Shown: positions 1 through 10,335, numbered from the stretch's first letter. The stretch: 64,000 nucleotides of DNA from an uncultured Azospirillum sp. (GCA_900539605.1 UQCS01000005.1:10564-74563); one strand, 5' to 3'. Numbers and translations are program-made. The notes: a model not told the origin generated them from the letters alone.

Positions 1-5
1 AAGAG

Positions 6-1817
6 TTGGAATTTCGGGGAGCTTATATTCTCAATCAACAAGAAGCTGAGCAGTTGTCGAAAATCATTCTTACCGAAAAAATGACAGTTAACGCCGACAT
101 TGTCGGACAAAGTGCCGCCATCATTGCCAAACTGGCCGGTTTTGAAGTTCCGCCGCATGCCAAGGTTTTGGTGAGTGAACAAACATCAACTGACCGTGAC
201 AATCCTTTTGCACATGAAAAACTGTCACCGATTTTGGCTTTGTATAAAGCGGACAATTTCGAACAGGCAACCGATATGGCGTTAGAACTGGTCAATTTGG
301 GCGGAGTGGGACACACTTCGGTTTTGTATACCGACAGCCGTTCTCAGGACCGAATCAACTTTTTTGCCACCAAATTGCCGACCGGGCGTTTGTTAATTAA
401 TTCGCCGTCGTCCCAAGGCGGTATCGGCGATTTGTTCAATTTTAAGCTTGAACCTTCGCTGACGCTGGGATGCGGTTCGTGGGGCGGCAATTCCGTCAGC
501 GAAAACGTCGGCGTCAAACATTTGCTTAATTATAAAACCGTTGCCGAAAGGAGAGAAAATATGTTGTGGTTCCGGGTTCCTCCGAAAATTTATTTCAAAC
601 GCGGCGCCGTCGATCAGGCTTTGCGTGAGTTGGAAGGCAAAAAACGCGCTTTTATCGTCACGGACCGCTATCTGTTTGACTCCGGCATTGTCAACAATGT
701 GACCCGGGTGCTGGAAGAAATGGATATCGACTATCAGATTTTCTTTGACGTCAAACCCGATCCTACCTTGTCAACCATTGATGAAGCATTGGCGATGGTT
801 CGTCCTTACCAACCGGATGTGTTTATTGCTTTGGGCGGCGGTTCGCCGATGGACGCGGCTAAAATCATTTGGCTGATGTACGAACATCCGGAAGTCAATT
901 TTGAAGATATTTCAATGCGTTTTATGGATATTCGCAAACGGATATGTTCTATTCCCGAGTTGGGCAAAAAAGCGCAGTTGGTGGCGATTCCGACCACTTC
1001 GGGCACCGGATCGGAGGTGACGCCGTTTGCAATCATCACCGATGATGAAACCCATGTCAAATATGCAATTGCCGATTATGCCCTGACGCCGAATATGGCG
1101 ATTATTGATGCCAACTTTGTTGACAACATGCCGAAAGGGCTGACGGCAGCATCGGGTTTTGACGCTTTGGTCCATGCCGTGGAAGCTTATGTCTCGGTGA
1201 TGGCGACCAACTTTACCAACTCGGCGGCGTTGGAAGCAATCAAACAGGTTTTTCGCTATCTGCCCCGTGCTTATCAAAACGGTGCTGCAGATCCGGTGGC
1301 GCGTGAAAAAGTGCATCATGCGGCAACCATTGCCGGAATGGCTTTTGCCAACTCGTTTCTCGGCCTTTGCCACTCAATGGCGCATAAGCTGGGCGGTGCC
1401 TTCAATATTCCGCACGGGATTGCCAACGCTTTGTTGTTTAACCAGGTGATTCGTTACAATGCCACCGATTGTCCACGTAAACAGGCCATTTTCCCGCAAT
1501 ACAAATTTCCGAATGCCAAACAGCGTTATGGACAGATTGCCGGTAACCTGAAACTGGGCGGTAAAAATGATGATGAAAAACTGGAAAATCTGCTGGCTGC
1601 CGTTTCCAAACTGAAAGAAGAAATCGAAATTCCGCACTCAATCAAGGAGTGGGGAATTAAGGAAGAGGATTTCTACGCCAAGTTGGACGATATGGTTGAA
1701 AAGGCTTTTGATGACCAGTGCACCGGTGCCAACCCGGTTTATCCGCTGATGGAAGATATCCGCCGGATTTATATTGACGCTTACAACGGCGTTGATTATC
1801 AGCCGGAACCGAAATAG
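6..1817 (+). CDS. adhE: Bifunctional aldehyde/alcohol dehydrogenase AdhE, C-terminal portion (5' end lies left of the window)
   Basis: The frame is open to the window edge. It holds an ALDH-domain tail followed by an iron-type ADH domain (GGGSPMDAAK, TTSGTGSEVTPF, CHSMAHKLGGAFNIPHG). The stop is followed by a terminator hairpin. Confidence 0.9.
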   Translation: MEFRGAYILNQQEAEQLSKIILTEKMTVNADIVGQSAAIIAKLAGFEVPPHAKVLVSEQTSTDRDNPFAHEKLSPILALYKADNFEQATDMALELVNLGGVGHTSVLYTDSRSQDRINFFATKLPTGRLLINSPSSQGGIGDLFNFKLEPSLTLGCGSWGGNSVSENVGVKHLLNYKTVAERRENMLWFRVPPKIYFKRGAVDQALRELEGKKRAFIVTDRYLFDSGIVNNVTRVLEEMDIDYQIFFDVKPDPTLSTIDEALAMVRPYQPDVFIALGGGSPMDAAKIIWLMYEHPEVNFEDISMRFMDIRKRICSIPELGKKAQLVAIPTTSGTGSEVTPFAIITDDETHVKYAIADYALTPNMAIIDANFVDNMPKGLTAASGFDALVHAVEAYVSVMATNFTNSAALEAIKQVFRYLPRAYQNGAADPVAREKVHHAATIAGMAFANSFLGLCHSMAHKLGGAFNIPHGIANALLFNQVIRYNATDCPRKQAIFPQYKFPNAKQRYGQIAGNLKLGGKNDDEKLENLLAAVSKLKEEIEIPHSIKEWGIKEEDFYAKLDDMVEKAFDDQCTGANPVYPLMEDIRRIYIDAYNGVDYQPEPK

Positions 1818-1831
1818 GGAGCGGCTAAAGG

Positions 1832-1860
1832 AAAAGCCCCGGAAAACCCGGGGCTTTTTG
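1832..1860. terminator. Rho-independent terminator between convergent adhE and nfeD-like gene
   Basis: GC stem AGCCCCGG / CCGGGGCT with an AAAAC loop, followed by TTTTT on the + strand. The A-run upstream gives partial function on the - strand. Confidence 0.8.
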
Positions 1861-1893
1861 GGCAGTTTTTTCCTTGGGGACCGGAAGCAACTG

Positions 1894-2346
1894 TCAGTCG
1901 GTGCTTTGATATTTGACGGCTTTCAGGATAACGCCGTTTTCGACTCCGGTTATTTTAACCCGGTCTCCTTTTTTCAAACCGTCTTTACATTCAACAATCC
2001 AGACTGTATCGCCGACAATTGCCTTGGAACGGCCGTCCGAGGCGTCTTCTGCCAGCAAATAGGTTTTGCCGATATGCTGGCCGGCCATGTCGTTAAGGTA
2101 TTTGTACTTTTCGGCGCCGGTGCTGCGTTTGATGACCTTAGCGTAAACAAACCAGCCGGCAACGGCAAAGACAACGGAAAACGCACCGAAAATAACTGAT
2201 TGTTCAATTACGCCGAAGTCGTTGTAAATGGTAAGTATTCCGGTGGCAAATGCCGACAGCCCGAACCAAACCAGATAAACGCCGGGGACAAACACTTCCA
2301 GCAAGACCAACGCCAGCCCGAGTGAAAACCATTCCATATAATTCAT
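1894..2346 (-). CDS. NfeD-family membrane protein (short form, partner of the SPFH protein)
   Basis: Hydrophobic N-terminal helices plus a C-terminal OB-like NfeD tail (GDTVWIVECKDGLKKGDRVKITGVENGVILKV-like). It sits 12 nt downstream of the SPFH gene, the classical nfeD-SPFH operon. Confidence 0.8.
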   Translation of the reverse strand: MNYMEWFSLGLALVLLEVFVPGVYLVWFGLSAFATGILTIYNDFGVIEQSVIFGAFSVVFAVAGWFVYAKVIKRSTGAEKYKYLNDMAGQHIGKTYLLAEDASDGRSKAIVGDTVWIVECKDGLKKGDRVKITGVENGVILKAVKYQSTD

Positions 2347-2358
2347 GGTATTTCTCCT

Positions 2359-3285
2359 TTACTTGCGGTTGGTAGCAGTATTCTTTTCTTGCAGTACTTC
2401 TTTGGCAATCTCCGCAATTCCGGCAATTGATCCCATAACATTAGCCGTATCCATCGGCATCATTAGCAATTTCTGGTTGGGCGAAGTGACAATTCCCTGC
2501 AGGGCTTCGATGTATTTTTGCCCCAGAAAATAGTTGAGCGATTGTGGACTGCCGTCGGCAATGGCATCAGACACCATTTTGGCGGCGTTTGCTTCGGCGA
2601 GGGCCAGCCGTTCACGGGCTTCCGCTTCACGGAACGCCGCTTCTTTCTGAGCTTCGGCAGCCAAAATGACCGATTGTTTTTCACCTTCGGCTTTTAAAAT
2701 TTCGGCCTGACGAAATCCTTCGGCTTCAAGAATATTGGCGCGTTTGTCGCGCTCGGCTTTCATTTGGCGCGCCATCGAATTGATCAGATCGGCAGGCGGG
2801 GTGATGTCTTTGATCTCTACCCGGGTTACTTTGACGCCCCACGGTATGGTTGCTTCGTCGACCACCGCCAGCAGTTTGTGGTTAATGGCGTCGCGCTGAG
2901 ACAGCAGTTCGTCAATTTCCATACTGCCGATGACGGTACGAATGTTGGTCATAATTAGATTCAGGATGGCAACGTTCAGATCTTTGACCTGATAAGCGGC
3001 GTTGGCCGCCTGTTGGATCTGAAAGAATAAAACCCCGTCCACACGGACAGTTGCGTTGTCTTTGGTGATAACGTCTTGAGAAGGTACATCAAGAACCTGT
3101 TCCATCCGATTGATTTTTGCTCCGATTTTTTCGACGATCGGAATGATGATGTGCAGTCCCGGCGAAAGGGTGCGGGTAAAGCGGCCGAAACTTTCCACCG
3201 TATATTCGTATCCTTGCCGGACAATGACCACCGAAGTCAACAACAGAAAAAAGACGACAACGGCGAGAAATAATGCAAACTCCAT
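2359..3285 (-). CDS. SPFH/band-7 (stomatin/QmcA-like) membrane protein
   Basis: N-terminal TM helix, SPFH core ([24 protein letters not shown]) and an Ala/Glu-rich coiled-coil tail. Confidence 0.9.
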   Translation of the reverse strand: MEFALFLAVVVFFLLLTSVVIVRQGYEYTVESFGRFTRTLSPGLHIIIPIVEKIGAKINRMEQVLDVPSQDVITKDNATVRVDGVLFFQIQQAANAAYQVKDLNVAILNLIMTNIRTVIGSMEIDELLSQRDAINHKLLAVVDEATIPWGVKVTRVEIKDITPPADLINSMARQMKAERDKRANILEAEGFRQAEILKAEGEKQSVILAAEAQKEAAFREAEARERLALAEANAAKMVSDAIADGSPQSLNYFLGQKYIEALQGIVTSPNQKLLMMPMDTANVMGSIAGIAEIAKEVLQEKNTATNRK

Positions 3286-3767
3286 AATTTTCTCCTTAGT
3301 TAGTTATTTAGATCTCGTTGTCAGAATAACGGAAATCTCGTTTTCATACAACCGGCACCGAAAGTTATATACAACAATCGTGAATTTGCCGATTCTTTGA
3401 TAGAGGCGGCCCCCAAGTATGGAATAAGATCTTTTTTACGGTTTTGGGGTTTCAAAACGAGTAACAATTTTGCCTCAATCTTTTAATGCTGATTGCCAAA
3501 AATTTTTTAAATTATTTTATATTTCGTCAACTTGCCGCTCCGGAATATCGGACGTTTTGTTCGTAATTTCGGGAGGTTGTCCGGCAGAGGAGGAAAAAAC
3601 GCCGAATCGATGATGTCGTTTGTCAAATATTATGTCGGAAATTTGACGGAAAAGCAGGCGGTTCTTTGTGTAAAAGTTTTGTTAAAAGCAGTGCCCGGCG
3701 CAAAAATTATGTTGCCAAAACAGCCGGTTTTATATTACAATTTAACTAATAACAGGGGGAGAAGCAA

Positions 3768-5267
3768 ATGGACGTGGTGGCAGGAAAAGGAGGAAATTTC
3801 TTCGTTGTTAACGGTTCCGTCAGCAACACCATTCTCAATATGCTGTCTGAGATCTCTTATGAAGAGTTTGGAAAATACAACGCTTATTCGACAATGAAGA
3901 AGATTTCACGCCAAAGCCCGGCGGAATACGCTGCCAAAAACGGGTTGCGTCAGAATATTGTTGAAAACTTTTCCCGTCTTGAAGAAGTGATCGATTATCA
4001 CGCTACTCAGGATCTGATGTATTTTATTGAGTCTGAAGACGGCCGGGAACGTTCGGACAGTTATGACAACGATGTTGTTGTCAATCCTGCAAACTATAAC
4101 AACGGTTTTCTGCATGCCGCTCCGCGGGAAGTGTCGGGGCTGATTACCGATTCTTTTCAAATTCCGGAAGATTTGGTGCCGCGTTTGCTGAAAAGCGTCG
4201 GCATATCAATCAAAAGGGAAACCCTGTCACATTTCGTAAAATGGAATAATATTACCTACAAGGTTGACATTACACCCGCTCGTACTCAGAACTATGTCAG
4301 CATGTTCAACAACAAGTCAATCATCGTTGTTGAAAATTGCTATGTTTTTCAGTCTGATGATTGGAATATTGTCAAAAAAATCGAGCAGAAATTTATTAAA
4401 GAAAAAGTTCGGCGCAAAAAATCGTGGTTTTTAAAAGAAAAACCGGATGAAGTCCTGCTGGAAGATATTTTGCGCAAAATGTTCAAAGATAAGGCTCTGA
4501 TTCGCTATACTGCCTTGTATCGCGCTTATCGCGAAATTCGTAAAATTCGTCATGATTATGCCGGGATTTTTATTCACGAGTTTCATCACTTGCGCAATAA
4601 AGTTTTGGTTGAAAATCGCAGCCTGCATCCAAAGTCGCTGGCTTTGAATGCAGCGGATCTTTATAATATTCAGGTGGAAGACGAGCGAAGCGCGGCTTTA
4701 GCGGTAACGATTTTCCGTTTGGGACGTTACTGGAAAAATAAAAGCTGGAACGAGCTTTTGAGCAAAGAGCCGTGCTTCGAAGTATTAAAAGACCGTCCGC
4801 AGGAAGTACGCGAAAACTTGCTTAAAAATATGGAATTTGTGGTTAATCTGAAGCTCAAGCATTGGACGGAAAACGAACTTGAACGCCATTATCCGAAATT
4901 TGTCAGTAATCTTCCGCTGATTGAAGCGCGTAATTCGATTGCCAAAGGCGAAGACGCCGAACGACGCGAATACTTCCGCCAGCGTTCGGTTATGTACAGT
5001 TTTTATATTTATAATCCCGACAGCGGAAAGTTTGAACTGCGCAATCTCAGCCGCTATATTAAGATTGATATTCCGGTTGACGGTTTTGTGCAGGAGAATA
5101 TAATTGACAAAGCCCGTTACTACATTGATCGTAAAAAAGCAGCCAAACGCTTTTTGCTGGCTAAAGACGGCATCAGCGAAGCGCTGGTGAAAAAAGCGGC
5201 GGTTGTTTTCGATGCGCCGCGCCGCCTCGGAGCGCGCCGACGGTTGAACGAACCGGGTAAAAAATAA
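3768..5267 (+). CDS. Hypothetical 499-aa protein with an HExxH motif (putative zinc metallopeptidase, family unassigned)
   Basis: SD GGGGGAGAAG lies 4-5 nt upstream of the ATG, and there is an in-frame stop just upstream. HEFHH is at aa 270-274 (nt 4575-4589). No signal peptide or TM segment, and a basic C-terminal tail. I recognise no family. Confidence 0.6.
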   Translation: MDVVAGKGGNFFVVNGSVSNTILNMLSEISYEEFGKYNAYSTMKKISRQSPAEYAAKNGLRQNIVENFSRLEEVIDYHATQDLMYFIESEDGRERSDSYDNDVVVNPANYNNGFLHAAPREVSGLITDSFQIPEDLVPRLLKSVGISIKRETLSHFVKWNNITYKVDITPARTQNYVSMFNNKSIIVVENCYVFQSDDWNIVKKIEQKFIKEKVRRKKSWFLKEKPDEVLLEDILRKMFKDKALIRYTALYRAYREIRKIRHDYAGIFIHEFHHLRNKVLVENRSLHPKSLALNAADLYNIQVEDERSAALAVTIFRLGRYWKNKSWNELLSKEPCFEVLKDRPQEVRENLLKNMEFVVNLKLKHWTENELERHYPKFVSNLPLIEARNSIAKGEDAERREYFRQRSVMYSFYIYNPDSGKFELRNLSRYIKIDIPVDGFVQENIIDKARYYIDRKKAAKRFLLAKDGISEALVKKAAVVFDAPRRLGARRRLNEPGKK

Positions 5268-5286
5268 AAACACAAAGGAGAAAAAT

Positions 5287-5520
5287 ATGAAAACGTTACT
5301 CTATCTGATCGGGCTGGTTGCCGTTGGTTTGGCAATTGCATGGTTTGGTTTTGGCATTCATCCAAAAAGCGTTTATTACAGAATGGTCAATATGTTTGCT
5401 TCAACATCGGAAACAACTGCCGGTCATGCGCAAGACGTTAAAAATACCGGCAGTCGTTTTGCCGATGTAATCAAAAATAATTATAACGATCAGGATATGA
5501 CCCAGCCGATGGCTCATTAG
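5287..5520 (+). CDS. Small membrane-anchored protein (77 aa), probably co-transcribed with the HExxH protein
   Basis: SD AAAGGAGAAA upstream. One N-terminal TM helix (LLYLIGLVAVGLAIAWFGFGI). Gap of 19 nt after the preceding gene. Confidence 0.55.
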   Translation: MKTLLYLIGLVAVGLAIAWFGFGIHPKSVYYRMVNMFASTSETTAGHAQDVKNTGSRFADVIKNNYNDQDMTQPMAH

Positions 5521-5531
5521 AAAGATTCTTC

Positions 5532-5567
5532 AACGTAAACAAGCACCGAAAGGTACTTGTTTACGTT
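5532..5567 (+). terminator. Strong hairpin downstream of the small membrane protein (probable terminator, no clean T-run)
   Basis: 12-bp stem AACGTAAACAAG / CTTGTTTACGTT. Confidence 0.5.
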
Positions 5568-5614
5568 CTGACGGGGCCGATCGTCGCAGATTGACCCAAA
5601 ATCGTTGTCCTGGC

Positions 5615-5644
5615 TTGACAACTGCTTAATTCAAAGTGTATAAA
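5615..5644 (+). promoter_or_regulatory. Sigma70-like promoter upstream of rnhB
   Basis: TTGACA, 18-nt spacer, TATAAA, about 45 nt upstream of the rnhB ATG. Confidence 0.45.
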
Positions 5645-5689
5645 TAAAACAGCCTAGACTTAACAGAAAACTTAAATTTGATTTTATAA

Positions 5690-6316
5690 ATGCCTGATTT
5701 TTATTTTGAAAATGAATATGATTGTGAAGTGGCGGGGGTCGACGAAGCCGGGCGGGGACCGTGGGCCGGACCGGTGGTTGCCGGCGCAGTCGTGATTAAA
5801 AATCGCTGTTTATGCGACGAGCTGTTAAACGGTTTGGATGATTCGAAAAAGCTTTCGGCTGCCAAAAGAGAAAAACTCTATTTAAAACTTTTCGAGGAGC
5901 AGGCGGCGGGAAATCTTCAAATCGGTATCGGGGAAGCTTCGGTGCAGGAAATTGACGAGTTAAATATTTTGCAGGCAACTTTTTTAGCGATGTGCCGGGC
6001 GGTCGAAAAACTGCCTGTTTGTCCGTCTGCAGCGTTGATCGACGGCAATCGTACGCCGCCGGCGTTTCCTTGTAAATGCCGAACGGTTGTCAAAGGCGAT
6101 TCACTTTCGTTGTCAATTTCGGCCGCGTCGATTGTTGCAAAGGTATACCGGGACCGTTTGATGCGCGAGTTAGGGCAACGATATCCCGGATACGGTTTCG
6201 AAAAAAATGTCGGTTACGGTACCGCTACTCATATCGAAGGGTTGAAAAAACAAGGCGTTACGCCCGAGCATCGTCGCAGCTATAAACCGATAAAAGAATT
6301 TATGGAACAAAAGTGA
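5690..6316 (+). CDS. rnhB: Ribonuclease HII
   Basis: N-terminal GVDEAGRGPWAGPVV catalytic motif. Size and the DDSKKL motif are typical of RNase HII. Confidence 0.93.
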   Translation: MPDFYFENEYDCEVAGVDEAGRGPWAGPVVAGAVVIKNRCLCDELLNGLDDSKKLSAAKREKLYLKLFEEQAAGNLQIGIGEASVQEIDELNILQATFLAMCRAVEKLPVCPSAALIDGNRTPPAFPCKCRTVVKGDSLSLSISAASIVAKVYRDRLMRELGQRYPGYGFEKNVGYGTATHIEGLKKQGVTPEHRRSYKPIKEFMEQK

Positions 6317-6325
6317 ATTTTAGGG

Positions 6326-6354
6326 TTGACTTTTTGTCTAAAATGTGAGATAGT
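6326..6354 (+). promoter_or_regulatory. Sigma70-like promoter for the 90-aa ORF
   Basis: TTGACT, 17 nt, GATAGT. The first 20 nt are nearly identical to the promoter at 63646. Confidence 0.5.
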
Positions 6355-6383
6355 TACTTTTGTAATAACTAATTATTAAACTT

Positions 6384-6656
6384 ATGAATATGAATAAAGC
6401 AACCCGTAACGGAAATGGAAATTCTCGTCTCGCAGAACAGTTAGGAATAATCAGAGGTAAGAACACCGGTAAAAAAGCCGCTTACCTCAAAGGTCACGAT
6501 CTCATGCCCGAGGTGCTGCCCGAGCTCTTCAAGTGTAACAACCTGGAACTCGCCGCTCTCTACCTCCACAAGTTCGAAACCGTTCCGCTGGAAGTCGCTG
6601 CTGCCGCCTGCAAGGCCGGCCGTGGTTCTCTCCTTCGAGGCTTAGCCGTTGCGTAG
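6384..6656 (+). CDS. Small hypothetical protein (90 aa) with its own promoter and tandem terminators
   Basis: ORF bracketed by a TTGACT promoter and two hairpin terminators. The 3' half uses C-ending codons (CTC, TTC, AAG, TAC, CAC, GCC) as the rpsD gene does. I recognise no family. Confidence 0.6.
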   Translation: MNMNKATRNGNGNSRLAEQLGIIRGKNTGKKAAYLKGHDLMPEVLPELFKCNNLELAALYLHKFETVPLEVAAAACKAGRGSLLRGLAVA

Positions 6657-6660
6657 CTTC

Positions 6661-6727
6661 ACTAAAAAGAACTGTTCTTTTTAGTTCTTTTATAAGCTGT
6701 TCGTCTCAGACGAGCAGCTTTTTTTGT
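6661..6727 (+). terminator. Two tandem rho-independent terminators
   Basis: Hairpin 1 has an 11-bp AT-rich stem (6661-6685) followed by TCTTTT. Hairpin 2 has a 12-bp stem AAGCTGTTCGTC / GACGAGCAGCTT followed by TTTTTTT. Confidence 0.8.
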
Positions 6728-6968
6728 TTAAATCTTTTGCTGACCGAACCGTCAGTGGAAAAAATTAAGCCAGAATTTTTGGCAATTATGGCTTTTATGG
6801 ATCTCCGGACCTGTTCTTAAAATTCTCACAGTGCCAGAAGCTGTTGCTTTTGCGCCTAAAATGAAAAACTAGCCAAAAAATATTTTCGATCAGTTTTTGT
6901 TAATAATTTTATAACTTCTTTTTGTCATACTGCCTCCATTGTCAAATGACCATAATGAAGTGAAATAA

Positions 6969-8063
<1,095 letters not shown>

Positions 8064-8082
8064 GCCGGATTTTATTTGTAAG

Positions 8083-8117
8083 TGCCGCTTCAGAAATCGA
8101 GGCGGCATTTTTTTGTT
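8083..8117 (+). terminator. Rho-independent terminator after ccrM
   Basis: Stem TGCCGC / GCGGCA followed by TTTTTTTG. Confidence 0.75.
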
Positions 8118-8294
8118 TTTAAGAATTATGCTGTTTGTTTGCCCGGAGTTCAAAATGATCGTGCTTTCAAAGTGGATGTTTGTGTAAAAATGAAATAAAA
8201 AATACCGTTTTGTTAAAAAAACACTTGTTCTGAAAGCGAAAATCGTACACAATAAGCAAAATTTAAAATTGTGGTAGAATGATTGATATGAAGA

Positions 8295-9377
8295 ATGCAA
8301 AAATTTAAAAGATACAGTCGCGGCGGCAAAGAAGAAAATGCCGTTCGCAACTATGCCGCCATTGATTTGGGCACCAATTCGTGCCGCTTGGTTATTGCTT
8401 CTCCGACACCGACGTCTTTTCATATCATAGAAACTTTTTCCCGCATCACCCGTCTGGGGGAGGGAATTATCAAAGAAAACGAGTTGGGCAGAGAAGCAAC
8501 CCGGCGCACGATCAAGGCGTTGAAGATATGTTCGGAGATCATTAGCGAATATGCGCCGATTTTCCGGGCGCGTTTCGTGGCAACAGCGGCTTGCCGGCGA
8601 GCCAAAAACTGTAAGGACTTTTTGAGTGATGTCAAACGACAGACCGGCCTCAATTTGGAGATTATTTCTTCGCAGGAAGAGTCTCGTCTGGCGGTTATCG
8701 GCTGCATGCCGCTTTTGAAACGCAATGTTAAACGAGCGTTGGTTTTTGATATCGGTGGCGGTTCAACCGAAATTTCGCTGGCACGGCTGGCCAACAGCGG
8801 CAAGGCTTTTATTGAAGGTTTCGTGTCGCTGCCTTACGGTGTTGTTACGGTTTCCGAAGCTTTTCCCAACAAAGATATGACCAACCTGGCTTACAACACC
8901 ATTATGGATCGCACGCACAAACTGCTGGAAAGTTTTGAAGAGCGTTACAAAATCGGAGAGGCGATTGCCAACGGCGAAATTCAGGTTATCGGCACTTCGG
9001 GCACGGTGACGGTGCTGGGCGCAATTCAGCTGAATCTTCAGCATTATAACCGTTCGGCCGTAGACGGTATCAGCATTACCGCGCAGGATATGAAACATGC
9101 AGTTTCAAAAATCCGCCGCATGGGCGACGACGGGCGCAGAAAACATCCCTGTATCGGTCCGCAAAAAGCGGATTTGACTATTGCCGGTTGTGCCATTATC
9201 GAGGCAATTTGTTCTTTTTGGCCGGTGAAAGACGTGACGGTGGCTGATCGCGGTATTCGCGAAGGAATATTGCTGGATATGATGCATAATCGCAAAAAAA
9301 CGCGTCGCGGTTTTATGCGCCGTAATAAGAACAAAAGGATGAATAAAGATGAAAAAAACAGCTCTGGCAGCCATTGA
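8295..9377 (+). CDS. Ppx/GppA-family phosphatase, short form, paralog 1
   Basis: ASKHA-fold motifs AAIDLGTNSCRLVIA and FDIGGGSTEIS. No C-terminal HD-like domain. Basic C-terminal tail. Confidence 0.85.
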   Translation: MQKFKRYSRGGKEENAVRNYAAIDLGTNSCRLVIASPTPTSFHIIETFSRITRLGEGIIKENELGREATRRTIKALKICSEIISEYAPIFRARFVATAACRRAKNCKDFLSDVKRQTGLNLEIISSQEESRLAVIGCMPLLKRNVKRALVFDIGGGSTEISLARLANSGKAFIEGFVSLPYGVVTVSEAFPNKDMTNLAYNTIMDRTHKLLESFEERYKIGEAIANGEIQVIGTSGTVTVLGAIQLNLQHYNRSAVDGISITAQDMKHAVSKIRRMGDDGRRKHPCIGPQKADLTIAGCAIIEAICSFWPVKDVTVADRGIREGILLDMMHNRKKTRRGFMRRNKNKRMNKDEKNSSGSH

Positions 9378-10335
9378 TCTCGGCACCAACTCCTGTCGGC
9401 TGCTGATTGCGGGGTCGGACGGCAAAACATTGTATAAAAACGCTATTGCAACCCGTCTTGGCGAAGGGATGAGCACTCATAACCGTTTTACCGACGAAGC
9501 GGTCAAACGCGGAATTGAGTGCTTTTGTACTTTCAAAATGAACATGGATGAATATGGGGTTGAAAAATATCGGGCAATTGCCACCGCTGCCTGCCGAATG
9601 GCCGGGAACGGTCCTGAATTTGTCAAAAAAATCAAACAGCATGCCGGTATTGATTTGGAGATCATCGACGGTTATGAAGAAGCGGTGCTTAATTTGAAAG
9701 GGGCTTTGCTGAATGTACGGCAAGAGTCGGCCGGTCATGTCGTTGTTTATGATTTGGGCGGTGGTTCGACCGAAATTACGTTGGCCGCGCGAGGTTCTGT
9801 TCCCAAGATCTTGCATACGGTATCGATTCCGTGGGGCGCGCGTAATGCCTCTGAAAAATTTGACTTGCGCGAATATAATAAATCTCATGCTGACCGGCTG
9901 GCAGAAGAAATCTCCGCTTACAGCCGGCGTTTTGCCGCTGAGGCCGAGTTGGAAAAATATCACGATGATTTATGTTTCGTTGCCACTTCCAGTACCCCGT
10001 TGCGACTTACTCACATTGCCCGCGGCTGGGAAAGCTATAACCGTTCGCGGGCCGACGGAGTGAAAATGAGTATTGAAGAATTTGAAGGTGCCGTTGCCAA
10101 AGTTCACGGCATGACTTGTGCCGAGATGGCGGAAGATCTGAATATTGGTCCGGTGCGTGCCGAGATATTTCATGCCGGTTGTGTTATTTTTTCGCAAATA
10201 TACCGCGACCTTGGTGCCCCGCATTTGATTTCTTCGTTAAAAAGCGCGGTGGACGGTATCATTATGGAACTGCAAAACGAACAGCGTCATCATGGAGTAA
10301 CAAAATGGTTAAAACCCAATCAGCAAAAAGTGTAA
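9349..10335 (+). CDS. Ppx/GppA-family phosphatase, short form, paralog 2
   Basis: AAIDLGTNSCRLLIA and YDLGGGSTEIT motifs. Overlaps paralog 1 by 29 nt and rlmE by 31 nt. Confidence 0.85.
   Translation: MKKTALAAIDLGTNSCRLLIAGSDGKTLYKNAIATRLGEGMSTHNRFTDEAVKRGIECFCTFKMNMDEYGVEKYRAIATAACRMAGNGPEFVKKIKQHAGIDLEIIDGYEEAVLNLKGALLNVRQESAGHVVVYDLGGGSTEITLAARGSVPKILHTVSIPWGARNASEKFDLREYNKSHADRLAEEISAYSRRFAAEAELEKYHDDLCFVATSSTPLRLTHIARGWESYNRSRADGVKMSIEEFEGAVAKVHGMTCAEMAEDLNIGPVRAEIFHAGCVIFSQIYRDLGAPHLISSLKSAVDGIIMELQNEQRHHGVTKWLKPNQQKV

Noticed and set aside
3532-3897. 121-aa ORF upstream of and overlapping the HExxH gene.
   Set aside because: Its composition is not protein-like (Trp/Cys/Arg-rich), its SD is too far from the start, and it overlaps the better-supported start at 3768.
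10116-10304. N-terminal extensions of track ORFs (10116, 10922, 15994, 24330, 28060, 44925, 45553, 45555, 60435, 60509, 42355 and 55424).
   Set aside because: The extensions overlap the preceding gene or terminator and lack SD sequences. Internal ATGs with good SD sequences give proteins that start where homologues start.
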